Shown here: positions 15,901 through 24,167 of the stretch, one piece after another | How positions within the stretch are numbered: the stretch's first letter is position 1 | Layout of the letters: each line of letters opens with the position of its first letter | From: Deltaproteobacteria bacterium | Lineage (GTDB): Bacteria; Myxococcota_A; UBA9160; SMWR01 | DNA length: 27,441 nucleotides | Reading direction: 5' to 3' | Assembly: GCA_032128115.1 (NCBI GenBank) | Contig: JAQBHB010000092.1 | Span: forward strand, 1-27,441 | Program-made: the position numbers and the translations under genes | Notes under the pieces: generated by a model | What the model was told of the DNA's origin: nothing | The model's input: the letters and a program-made list of their open reading frames with translations, nothing else | The model's database searches: none

Positions 15901-16571
15901 GCACGAGAGAGCCGCTTCATGGTCGTCCGGGTTCCCACCGTGCGATCCTGTCGCACCAGTCCCGCGGCCAGGAGCCGGGCCTGCACCTCGCTCCAGATCG
16001 GGCTGTCTGCCCATTGGTGACCCGCCTGATCCGTCGGGAACTCCCACTCGAGCAGCCGGAATACACGGCCATCCTCCATGGGGAGATCGCGCAGCAGGAA
16101 CTGTGCCATCGTCACGGTCAGTTCCGCGAGGAAGCTCGGCTCTCGACCCTCGATCGGGATGCCCGGAGCCGGGTAGGCCGTCACCTCCAGCGCATCGCGC
16201 GTGCTCGACACCTGCTTCACGTTGTAGAGGATCCACGAGCCCACGACGTTGCGACCGTGGTTCACGACGAAATAGATCCCGGGAAGCCGCTCGTCGCAAT
16301 CGGCATCGTCGTAGCCGGGGTCGAAGCGCGCCAGGAATTCCGCCCGGCTTCCCGTGGGGTTCGCGCGTTTGTAGACTCTCCACTCGTCGTCGCGCTTCTG
16401 ATCCACACGAACCGTCGAGCAGAGCGCCACCTCGGGTCGGCTCACCCTCTCTAGGATCTTTTCGAGATTTCGACCGCCCAGCGCAATCGCCGGACCCCAG
16501 ATCGAATCATCGGCGAAGCCGCGGGAATCCCGGAAACCCAGATCCCCCATGTCGAAGGGGAGAATCGTCAT
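15897..16571 (-). CDS. Hypothetical protein (224 aa)
   Basis: Packed between neighbours with 1-nt gap and 4-nt overlap; coding-like codon usage. Confidence 0.7.
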   Translation of the reverse strand: MTILPFDMGDLGFRDSRGFADDSIWGPAIALGGRNLEKILERVSRPEVALCSTVRVDQKRDDEWRVYKRANPTGSRAEFLARFDPGYDDADCDERLPGIYFVVNHGRNVVGSWILYNVKQVSSTRDALEVTAYPAPGIPIEGREPSFLAELTVTMAQFLLRDLPMEDGRVFRLLEWEFPTDQAGHQWADSPIWSEVQARLLAAGLVRQDRTVGTRTTMKRLSRA

Positions 16572-16572
16572 G

Positions 16573-17088
16573 TCAGTGGTTGACCCGATCGGTCACTTCC
16601 TTGAACAGCTTCAGGTTCTCTTCGGCCTTGGCGATCAGGAGGTCCGCGGTCTCCTTCAGCGCGGTCGCTTCGAGGTTGAGCGTCTTCGCGGCATTCATGG
16701 TGTCCTGCACAGACTGCTCGCGTGCCACCACTTCTTTCTCGCGCTTGGCCACCGCGGCCTGCCGATCCTTGATCGTCGCCTTCTCCTTGGTGATGGCCGC
16801 CTCGTGCTCGGATCGCAACGTCGCCAGTTCGAGGTTCGTCTGGTACAGCAGCGCTTCCGATTCCACCTCCGCCTTTTCCTTGGCCTTGATGGCCTGGGTC
16901 AGTTCGGTTCGCGTGGCGGATTGCATCTTCTCGATGTCCTTCGCCTTCGCCACCAGTTCGATGCGATCGTTCGCGACCTTCGTGGCCTTCTGGATCTCCT
17001 CGATCACCTTCTTCACCGCATCCTTGTTCTCGATCAGGTGGATCAGGGCCTCGAGTTCGCCGATTCCGCGCGGAAGCTGGATTGCCAT
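16573..17088 (-). CDS. Coiled-coil protein (171 aa)
   Basis: Start MAIQLPRG at a TAATG overlap; E/K/A-rich helical sequence throughout. Confidence 0.8.
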   Translation of the reverse strand: MAIQLPRGIGELEALIHLIENKDAVKKVIEEIQKATKVANDRIELVAKAKDIEKMQSATRTELTQAIKAKEKAEVESEALLYQTNLELATLRSEHEAAITKEKATIKDRQAAVAKREKEVVAREQSVQDTMNAAKTLNLEATALKETADLLIAKAEENLKLFKEVTDRVNH

Positions 17089-18251
17089 TAGACGCCCGCC
17101 GCGGCGCCGCGGAAGAGGTCCTGGGCGCCGATTTTCGATGCGTAGTTGCGGATGGCCCCGGGAGACCCGTATCCCGCGGCGTGCTCGAACTGGATGATGG
17201 CCCGCGGGGCCTGCGCGTTGCCCGTTTCGTTCCCGAGATGCACGAAGCACCCATGCTTCACGTTGAACGGACCTCCCACATACTCGACAATTTCACCTCC
17301 CGTCGTGACTCTCAGGCTGGCCTTGGACTCACCCTCGTCGAGCAACAGGTTGGTCCCGTCCGTCCGCATGAAGTTCGTGTCGTAGATCCGAAGGAAGTCG
17401 TCTCCGGTCGGAGACGCCACCGAAAGTCCATCCCCAACCAGAGTGATTCCGCAGACGCGGCCAGGCCCCACGAAGGCGAACCCCGAGGCGTCGAGGTTGA
17501 CCGTCGTGTTCCACCGGCTTCCCGGGAAGCTGTGCATCCGGGTCGCACTCAACGCCGCAGGCGGGTCGGTGTTCACGTCGTAGATCAGGTCGTCGATCAA
17601 CACCAGCCCGGAAACGCCGGTCGTCCCACCGACCGGAAGACCGAGGCGGCCCAACGTCACCACGGCATTCACGGATCCCGTGACTTGCGGTGTCACGTCC
17701 TTGACCGAGTAGCCCCGCTCGCCAGTGATGTAGGTCGCGATCGTGCCATTCCCCGCGGTCGCGGTGTCGATCAGGATGGCCTGCTCGACCGTGTACCACT
17801 CGCCCTTCGGGACCGCGCTGCCAATCGAGGTGGTAGAAGCGGTCTTACCCGCCCCGAAGGTCACCGACCCATTCGTTCCCACCTGGATCCCGAAGGCCAC
17901 CTGCCTCGTACCAGAACTCCGGATGTGGAACAGCTCGATGGTTTCCGAGGCAGTTCCAGAGTTGGCGATGTCCGTCCCGACGTAGACCCGGAACCGGGTC
18001 TTGATCAGGGAATCGTCGGCCGCGTCCAGGGTCTGATCCTCGACGTAGGCCGCGTCCGTGGAGTTGTTGAGTTGAATTCTCATGCAGTAGGCCCCGTTAT
18101 AGGGCACCGCATTGCGCTGCTTCGGATGGTCTTGCCACAACTGCGTGAAGTGCGCGATGTCCACCGGACCCGTTGTGGCTCCGTACTGCTGGTCCCACTC
18201 CGTCGCATCTCCCGAATCGAAGCGGGAGGTGAACCGATAAGGCCATGTCAT
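17088..18251 (-). CDS. 387-aa beta-rich putative virion protein, lectin/ConA-like N-terminal domain
   Basis: FDSGDATEW, GAYCMRIQL, GEWYTVEQAI and VLIDDLIYD resemble beta-sandwich carbohydrate-binding folds; Thr/Gly rich. Confidence 0.55.
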   Translation of the reverse strand: MTWPYRFTSRFDSGDATEWDQQYGATTGPVDIAHFTQLWQDHPKQRNAVPYNGAYCMRIQLNNSTDAAYVEDQTLDAADDSLIKTRFRVYVGTDIANSGTASETIELFHIRSSGTRQVAFGIQVGTNGSVTFGAGKTASTTSIGSAVPKGEWYTVEQAILIDTATAGNGTIATYITGERGYSVKDVTPQVTGSVNAVVTLGRLGLPVGGTTGVSGLVLIDDLIYDVNTDPPAALSATRMHSFPGSRWNTTVNLDASGFAFVGPGRVCGITLVGDGLSVASPTGDDFLRIYDTNFMRTDGTNLLLDEGESKASLRVTTGGEIVEYVGGPFNVKHGCFVHLGNETGNAQAPRAIIQFEHAAGYGSPGAIRNYASKIGAQDLFRGAAAGV

Positions 18252-18254
18252 TTG

Positions 18255-19070
18255 CTATCCCCCTGGATTCTCGATCATGCGGCAGTCGTCGCAGAACTTC
18301 CGGTGCTGTCGGATTGCGAAAGCTAGCCTCGGTTCCGTCCTCCCCTTGAACTCGCGTCCGCAGACGGATGTCCCCGAGAACTTCTTCGCCGCGGCGACCT
18401 TCGGCTTCCGATCCGGCTTGTCGTCGAGATCCTTCAGCTTCTGGGCCAACTCGTCCCGCTCCGCGATCCGGTTGCGGAGGTCGAGGATCTCCTGATCCAG
18501 CTCCTTCCGCATCTCATCGGTCTGGGTCTTCACTCCATCGCTCCATTCGATCATGTCGTAGTTCCTGGAGAACTCCGGGCTCGGGATCGAGTGGACGGAA
18601 CCCGGGATGAAGGCGTTGTCAAGATTCAGCGTCGAAGTCCGCGGCCGGTGCATCTCGAAGTTGGCCACATCGGGATCGTCGGAACCCCGATTCAACTGCA
18701 GCCGGATGTTCTTCCAGCGCTGCAGGCGGATGTCGCCCTTCTCGTTGATCCGCTCCTTGGCCTTCTTTTCCCAGGCGATGTGCTTGCCGATCGCGCCCGG
18801 TGGAGACTGCCGCATCTCGGCCTGCGAGGGCATTCCCTCCAGCAGCTTTTCCCGATGCAGTCTCTCCTCGCGAACGAGATCGTCCAGCTCCGGACCCCGC
18901 ACTTCCGGCGGGGACTGGGATTCGATCTTGCGGTCGATGTTTCGCATCAGGTGCTGGGTCGCCCCACGCTCCTGCAACTGCGCCCGGGGGTCCGCCAACA
19001 GACCCTCGAGTCGGTTCTTCTCCAGCTTCAGATCCTGGATCTCGCTTTCCCGAAGATAGGCTTCGCTCAT
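18255..19070 (-). CDS. Hypothetical protein with coiled coil and C-terminal Cys/His cluster
   Basis: 271 aa; GAGG RBS; ends CGREFKG...HRKFCDDC. Confidence 0.75.
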   Translation of the reverse strand: MSEAYLRESEIQDLKLEKNRLEGLLADPRAQLQERGATQHLMRNIDRKIESQSPPEVRGPELDDLVREERLHREKLLEGMPSQAEMRQSPPGAIGKHIAWEKKAKERINEKGDIRLQRWKNIRLQLNRGSDDPDVANFEMHRPRTSTLNLDNAFIPGSVHSIPSPEFSRNYDMIEWSDGVKTQTDEMRKELDQEILDLRNRIAERDELAQKLKDLDDKPDRKPKVAAAKKFSGTSVCGREFKGRTEPRLAFAIRQHRKFCDDCRMIENPGG

Positions 19071-19073
19071 CCG

Positions 19074-19802
19074 TTACCTCGCATGGACCGTGACGTTCAG
19101 GTCGTAGTTCTCGTGATCTCCGTACTTCGACCGGGCCAGTCTGCGCATCCGATCGGAGTCCTCGGGTGAGAGCTTTCCACCGCCCACCTCGACCACGCGC
19201 CTTGCCATGTCGATCATCAGGTTCTTCATCTCCGCGCCATCCTCCTGCAACACGGGGTTCTTGCGAACCTTCAAACGAAGCGGCTGGAAACGCTTCGAGA
19301 AGCGCAGCATCTCGCGCTGCCCCTTCCTCGTGTTCAGGACCGTATGCGCATCGAAGATCCGGAAGCGTTTCGGGTACTGCTTCTGCAGCTCCTGGGAACG
19401 CTGGTAGTACAGGTCGTAATACAGCGGCGCGCCTTCCTCCACGGAGACCCCACCAAACGTGGGCATGGTCTCGTAGGTCTTGGATTCTGCGGCATCAGGA
19501 TCGAACCCGGTCCATCCGAAGAACTCGCGGCCCTTCATGTGGTTCTGCCACGAACGGAGGGTGGCCTCTCGATCGCGGCGAAGGCAGAGAAACCGGGTGT
19601 CCGGGTGCCACTCGAGCGTGCGCTCGACGTAGTTCAACCAGGAGTAGCCCACGTCCCCGCCGGCCTGGAGTGCCCGGTTCAGCGCCACCCGGTAGCGCCG
19701 CTCCTGGAAATCCCACGGCAACAGCGTGCCCTCATGGGGCAGCCGCAGGATTTCAGCGAGGCTGGTGGTGCCGCAGCGTCCACATCCGAGTCCGATGATC
19801 AC
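19074..19802 (-). CDS. PAPS-dependent sulfotransferase family protein
   Basis: 5'-PSB loop IIGLGCGRCGTTSL, following HE motif, and 3'-PB motif HPDTRFLCLRRDREATLRSW; GGAGAGG RBS with GTG start. Confidence 0.8.
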   Translation of the reverse strand: MIIGLGCGRCGTTSLAEILRLPHEGTLLPWDFQERRYRVALNRALQAGGDVGYSWLNYVERTLEWHPDTRFLCLRRDREATLRSWQNHMKGREFFGWTGFDPDAAESKTYETMPTFGGVSVEEGAPLYYDLYYQRSQELQKQYPKRFRIFDAHTVLNTRKGQREMLRFSKRFQPLRLKVRKNPVLQEDGAEMKNLMIDMARRVVEVGGGKLSPEDSDRMRRLARSKYGDHENYDLNVTVHAR

Positions 19803-19826
19803 GATACCTCTCCATGGGATGGTGGA

Positions 19827-20756
19827 CTACGCATCAGTCGAGGCCGTGATGTTGCAGAGAATGCTGGATTCTCCATCCAGATTCACGATCGAGATGGGAT
19901 TGAAGAACTGCATGTCGGCGCCCACGAAAGCCTCGGTGATGTTCGCGGCATTGTCATTTAGCCGCGCATTGATGTTCGGCCCGACATTCCCGGTCGTCGT
20001 CGTGACCGCCGTCAGGATCACATCCGCCGCGTTCCTCGTTCTGGCGTAAGACTGGCTGTCTCCGTAGATCGACAGATTCGTCATAACCCCCGTCGCGTTC
20101 TGGATCGCGGCGGTCGAGAAGTTCCCGTCGATCCAGAAGTTCCGGATCGTCACGCCATCATCCGCGCCCACCAGTTCGATGCAGTTGACGCCCCCTGCCG
20201 CCGCCGCGCCGCGGTGGATGTAGCGGTCGATCAGCAGGCGATCGGCCCCGGTCGCCGTGGTGATGCAACTGGTCATCTGGCCGGTCACATCCCGGGTCTC
20301 CAGGTCGAGCAGCTTGCAGTCCGATCCGGTGATCGTGAACATGGTCACGATCGCGTCGATGTCTCCGGTGCAGATGACGTTCTGGAGGACGAAGCTCGCT
20401 GCCGAGACCACGATGGTCGAAGCGGTCGCCGAGAAGCTGAGGGTCGGCCGGGCCGCACCCGTTCCCAGTCCGATCACCGTGACTCCCGCCACGTCGGCTG
20501 CGATGCCAGCGGCCCCGGAGATCGTCTCCGTATGCCCCGGCATCACAAGGATCAGGTCGCCATGGTTGGCCTCACAGCGGTTGATGCCGCCGTCGATCGT
20601 GGCCAGCGGCTTCTTCGGATCGGTCCCGACGTTGGCATTGGCGGCATTCGAGTTTCCCGAGTCCACGAAGAACACATTGCCCGTGGTCGGCAGAAGGCTC
20701 CCGAGGACCGGCATCCCGAACGACGCGACACCCTGCGGAAAGTTGGTCAGACCCAT
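19827..20756 (-). CDS. Beta-helix (pectin-lyase-like) virion protein, possible head fibre/decoration
   Basis: VFFVDS..., PLATIDGGINRC, GDLILVMPGHTE and VTVIGLG form the N-cap of a right-handed beta-helix; AAGGAGG RBS. Confidence 0.7.
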   Translation of the reverse strand: MGLTNFPQGVASFGMPVLGSLLPTTGNVFFVDSGNSNAANANVGTDPKKPLATIDGGINRCEANHGDLILVMPGHTETISGAAGIAADVAGVTVIGLGTGAARPTLSFSATASTIVVSAASFVLQNVICTGDIDAIVTMFTITGSDCKLLDLETRDVTGQMTSCITTATGADRLLIDRYIHRGAAAAGGVNCIELVGADDGVTIRNFWIDGNFSTAAIQNATGVMTNLSIYGDSQSYARTRNAADVILTAVTTTTGNVGPNINARLNDNAANITEAFVGADMQFFNPISIVNLDGESSILCNITASTDA

Positions 20757-20773
20757 GATCTCAGTCCTCCTTT

Positions 20774-20836
20774 ACGAGTGGGACACCCGAGGAACCGCCT
20801 CGGCTGCCCAGGGGTCTCGTCCCCCTGCTTACCCGT
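20774..20836 (-). other. Structured intergenic RNA element (two hairpins closed by an outer helix)
   Basis: Minus strand ACGGGT/ACTCGT closing helix, CAGGGG/CCCCTG hairpin, GGGCA.CCGAGG/CCTCGG.TGTCC hairpin. Confidence 0.45.
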
Positions 20837-20839
20837 GAT

Positions 20840-21058
20840 TCAGAATCCTTCCGAACGAACCACATTCCTTCGGCGAGGCACGCCGTTGCTCCGGTCGCGG
20901 GTCTGGATCGGACCCGGGACGCCAGGCCAGGCCGCCACGTCATCGTTCGAGTCCACCGTGGGCGTCGGACCCGCGTGACCCGTGGCGGGCCGTTCCTGGG
21001 TTTCCGCCTGTGTCTCGCGAAAGGTCGGGTTCGTCGGCTGCCAGCGCGCGTTGCTCAT
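20840..21058 (-). CDS. 72-aa small protein MSNARWQPTNPTF...VRSEGF
   Basis: ATG overlaps the capsid stop (ATGA); fills the gap after the capsid gene. Confidence 0.6.
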   Translation of the reverse strand: MSNARWQPTNPTFRETQAETQERPATGHAGPTPTVDSNDDVAAWPGVPGPIQTRDRSNGVPRRRNVVRSEGF

Positions 21059-21972
21059 GACACCTGCGCTCCGAACACCCAGCGCCAGTTGGTCCAGGCG
21101 TTGCTGTAGCGCGCATAGCCGCGCCACTTCGCGATCAGCTTGTCGAAGTCTTCGACCATCGCGAACTCGACCGGGATCCGGTCGATCCAGAACAGGAACT
21201 GGCGGCGCGAACGGCTGTCCATCATGAACCAGTTGTTCGTGTCCGTCAGGTAGTTCCACTCGATCGAGCGGTACTTGCCCTGGTGGACGTTCGGGTTGTT
21301 GGTCGCGATATCGACCTTCCCCGAGGCGGCGATGATCTCGAACGCCTCTTCGTAGAGATCCGGCGGATGCAGGATCTCGTCTGGCATGACGGAGAACCGG
21401 CCGCCCTGGTCGTCCCGGTAGCCCACCATCTGGATGCGGGCTGCGGCAACCGCGGTGGCGGTCAGGGCCGACGTGCCGAGGTTGTCGAAGCCTGCCGCCG
21501 TGCTTGCGCTGGTGTTCGTGGTGTGCGAGTTCGTGCAGAGGGCCACGTTCTCCGAGTTCTGGTAGAAGAACGTGTCGGACGAGAAGGCCCCGTTGAACAT
21601 CCGAGCCCCGTGTACCTGACGGGTCCGGTTGTACGACGCGGCGAGCGCCCGAGGACGCTGATCCATGATGTTGAACTGGTCGTCGTCGAACAGCTTGCGC
21701 TCGACCTGGATGCCGGAGGTGAACTCCAACGGGGTCGAAATCGTGTCGTAGCCCTGCGACTGGCTCTTGTACGACACCGCTCCGTCGAACTGACTCCAGT
21801 CCGGCAGCGTTCCCACATCGGACCACCGCATGGTGTCCCGACCGTTGGTCGGTGGCATCGTGTAGAGCACCGGAATGAAGTCCGGTAGCTGCTCGAGTTC
21901 CTGATCCAGAATCCGCTCGAAGCGCGGGTCCAGGACATCCTGGAAGTTGTCGGAAACGTGCGGAACGGGCAT
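21055..21972 (-). CDS. Major capsid protein, Mu gpT-like HK97-fold family
   Basis: 305 aa; FTSGIQVERKLFDDDQF, ALCTNSH, PDEILHPPDL, WNYLTDTNNWFMMD, RYSNAWTNWRWVFG; follows scaffold and cement-like genes. Confidence 0.9.
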   Translation of the reverse strand: MPVPHVSDNFQDVLDPRFERILDQELEQLPDFIPVLYTMPPTNGRDTMRWSDVGTLPDWSQFDGAVSYKSQSQGYDTISTPLEFTSGIQVERKLFDDDQFNIMDQRPRALAASYNRTRQVHGARMFNGAFSSDTFFYQNSENVALCTNSHTTNTSASTAAGFDNLGTSALTATAVAAARIQMVGYRDDQGGRFSVMPDEILHPPDLYEEAFEIIAASGKVDIATNNPNVHQGKYRSIEWNYLTDTNNWFMMDSRSRRQFLFWIDRIPVEFAMVEDFDKLIAKWRGYARYSNAWTNWRWVFGAQVS

Positions 21973-21997
21973 GTGAGACCCCCTTTTCCCCTACTCG

Positions 21998-22723
21998 CTA
22001 CGAGTGCTGCGGGTTGCCACCGAAGGCGTGGTTGTTGCTCAGGATATGGTAGAAGCTGTTGGTGCTCCCAGAATCCGAGGCGTCCCGAAGCTCCCAGTCC
22101 AGGATCACCAGATTGTCGTTGTCGGAGTCCGTGGTCTGTCCGACCAGTTGGCTTCCCAGCGTGCTGAAATCGAGGAAGGCCCCGGTGGGCGATCCCGTGT
22201 ATCCCGCGAAGCCCACCGCCGCGATGAAGGTGTCGCCGGAGGCGATGGCCTTCGGGAAGTTCACGGTGACGCTGCCCGTCACGTCGTCGCAGCGTCGGAT
22301 CTCACCGACGTTCGCGCCCGTGTAGGCCCACAGCACGCCCTCGTCGATGGTCGTGGTGCCGTTGGCATTCACCCCCGTCGCATCGGCCGAGGTCGTCGTG
22401 GTGATTGCCAGCGCCGTGTCCTCAGTCGCAGCCCCGGAGAGCTTGGCCCGGCACACGGCGTCGGGATTGACGATCACCTTGACCATCAGGACCGAGGAGT
22501 CCGTGATGCCGGTGGCGGCGATGGTCCCGGTCGTGCTGACCGTGAGTCCGACCGTGGATTCTGTGGCATTCGCCAAGGCGGTGCCCTGGATCACCACACC
22601 CCCGATGTCCGTGTTGGCCACATCGGCGCCTTCGACCCAGACCCCGGCCGTGGACATCGTGGCGCTCGCGAAATAGCTCTTGATGAGAGGGGCTGCACCG
22701 CTGATCGAATATGCGAACTCCAT
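21998..22723 (-). CDS. Probable capsid cement/decoration protein
   Basis: Thr/Ala/Gly-rich, VKVIVNPDAV motif, AAGGAGG RBS, immediately upstream of the capsid gene. Confidence 0.6.
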   Translation of the reverse strand: MEFAYSISGAAPLIKSYFASATMSTAGVWVEGADVANTDIGGVVIQGTALANATESTVGLTVSTTGTIAATGITDSSVLMVKVIVNPDAVCRAKLSGAATEDTALAITTTTSADATGVNANGTTTIDEGVLWAYTGANVGEIRRCDDVTGSVTVNFPKAIASGDTFIAAVGFAGYTGSPTGAFLDFSTLGSQLVGQTTDSDNDNLVILDWELRDASDSGSTNSFYHILSNNHAFGGNPQHS

Positions 22724-22735
22724 GGGAAGTCCTCC

Positions 22736-23128
22736 TTATGCCGGAGTCCAGATTTGGCCGCTTGTCGTCCGGCCACCGGGATCCGTGAGAAATGATTCGT
22801 GAAGATAGATTTTCGCCCGCTCGGAATGCTTGCGACAGCCGTCGCACTTCCCGCGGACGAAGGGAAACTTCTGGTCCTTGTAGTAGTGGTGGCGCTTGTG
22901 GCTGAACTTCGGCTGGCAGGCCCAGCACAACACGAGCGTCATGCGCTGGGAGGCCAGTTCGTCGATATGCGAGCCTGCGGGCTTCCCAACATTACGGCCC
23001 GGGTACTCGATCGGGAGCATCCCGCTCGGCTTGCGACCCCGCATCCGGTTATAGGCCCGCTTGGCCAGCACGAGACTGCGGGCGGCGCGTAGGCTCTCTG
23101 CGGGTCCGATGAGGGGGCTCGCGCTCAA
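22736..23128 (-). CDS. 130-aa protein with CxxC...CxxC (putative zinc binding)
   Basis: CWAC and CDGC; TTG start overlapping the scaffold stop. Confidence 0.65.
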   Translation of the reverse strand: MSASPLIGPAESLRAARSLVLAKRAYNRMRGRKPSGMLPIEYPGRNVGKPAGSHIDELASQRMTLVLCWACQPKFSHKRHHYYKDQKFPFVRGKCDGCRKHSERAKIYLHESFLTDPGGRTTSGQIWTPA

Positions 23129-23847
23129 TTCAGTTGTCCCCGGGTCTGCGGCTTCCAGCCGTCGCTGTACTTCATCTCGGCCAGGAGATCCGGGTCCTGA
23201 TAGCCCTTGTAGACCCCGCGCTGGATCAGCGCATCGTAGTGGTACTTCAGCTTGGCATTGTCGCGGAGCGGCGCGGGCACGTCGTCGCCTGCGGGGCTAG
23301 CGCGATCGGCGCCGCCGCGTCCCACGCCGCCCGTCTCCGCGTGGGTGGTGCGCCGCGGCCGGCGTTCCTTGATCTTGTCGGGAGACCCGAAGGCCGCCCG
23401 CAGGGCCTTCAGCTCGGTGGCCTTGCTGTCCGAGGACTCGCCCAGCGAGATCAGGAAGTCATACTCCTCCTGCACGCGCGCTCGCGTGGGGCTGCCTTCC
23501 TTCAGGATGTCCGGCTGGGCGTCCGTATAGGCTTCGATCTGTTGAGTGATGGTCTGGCTGGCCTGCAGGTTCGCGAAACGCTGGTCGATTTCGGACTGCA
23601 TCTCGGACCTGGCCTCGTCGCGAGTCTGCTGGATGATGATGTCGTCGCGACTCTTCTCGGAGATCGTGCCCTTGTCCACCATCTGCTGCAGCTCCGTGAG
23701 CGTGTAGACGGTCTTCGTCGCGACCTTGGGAGGCGGCGGGGCCTGCGGGGGACGTGCCTGCGCGGCCAATGCGGTGGCCTGCGAGGAGGCTTGCTGCCGC
23801 AAGCGACTGACTTCCTCCTTCAGTTCCTTCACTTCCTCATCGGTCAT
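23125..23847 (-). CDS. Probable capsid scaffolding protein
   Basis: 240 aa, charged and helical with Pro-rich linker; between portal and capsid genes; GAGGG RBS. Confidence 0.72.
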   Translation of the reverse strand: MTDEEVKELKEEVSRLRQQASSQATALAAQARPPQAPPPPKVATKTVYTLTELQQMVDKGTISEKSRDDIIIQQTRDEARSEMQSEIDQRFANLQASQTITQQIEAYTDAQPDILKEGSPTRARVQEEYDFLISLGESSDSKATELKALRAAFGSPDKIKERRPRRTTHAETGGVGRGGADRASPAGDDVPAPLRDNAKLKYHYDALIQRGVYKGYQDPDLLAEMKYSDGWKPQTRGQLN

Positions 23848-23857
23848 GCTGCCCTCG

Positions 23858-23894
23858 AATAAAGAAAACGGACGGTCCCCAAAGAACCGTCCGC
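23858..23894 (-). terminator. Intrinsic terminator-like hairpin directly upstream of the scaffold RBS
   Basis: Minus strand GCGGACGGT-TCTTTGGGG-ACCGTCCGT followed by TTTCTTTATT. Confidence 0.7.
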
Positions 23895-23948
23895 CTTTTG
23901 ATAACCAACCCCCCAGGGCTTGTTATCCGAACCATTGGTGGAAGGGAG

Positions 23949-24167
23949 TTACCCCTCCCGATTTGCCGTCATCATCCGGATTGTCCTGGGTTTGTCAAGT
24001 CCGAACTTGCGGGTGTCCAGGATCGACACGTCGTAGCCCTCGACCACCACGGTCTTCTTGCAATTCCGGCTGCGGCAGGGCATGACGATTCTCGATTCCC
24101 GGTTCTGGACGAACTCCAGCAGGAAGCTCCCACAGGCGGGGCAGACCAGCCGGTCAGGAAGCGACAT
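23949..24167 (-). CDS. Small zinc-finger protein resembling Mu Com-type regulators (72 aa)
   Basis: MSLPDRLVCPACGSFLLE...IVMPCRSRNCKK: CxxC..LL ... CxxxxC pattern; GGGAG upstream of the ATG. Confidence 0.6.
   Translation of the reverse strand: MSLPDRLVCPACGSFLLEFVQNRESRIVMPCRSRNCKKTVVVEGYDVSILDTRKFGLDKPRTIRMMTANREG
23971..23998 (-). promoter_or_regulatory. Candidate sigma70-type promoter
   Basis: TTGACA (23998-23993), 16-nt spacer, GATGAT (4/6 match to TATAAT); points into the scaffold leader. Confidence 0.4.

Noticed and set aside
15901..16383. N-terminal extension of the 582-aa ORF call
   Set aside because: Overlaps the 224-aa gene with Arg/Gly/Pro-rich sequence; ATG 15900 at the ATGA overlap is the better start.
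15897..16571. Second GNAT-like enzyme (YFVVNHGRNVVGSWIL)
   Set aside because: Only one strand-turn-strand hint and no acetyl-CoA motif; left as hypothetical.
20840..21826. 328-aa alternate-frame ORF within the capsid gene, or a frameshifted capsid extension
   Set aside because: Upstream part is Arg/Pro-rich shadow sequence, no slippery heptamer seen near the capsid end, and the last 72 codons have their own coupled ATG.
23900..23970. Possible c-di-GMP-I riboswitch (GGCAAA start, GTAA loop)
   Set aside because: Lacks the GACGCAAAGC junction and second-stem features; kept only as an unnamed structured leader.
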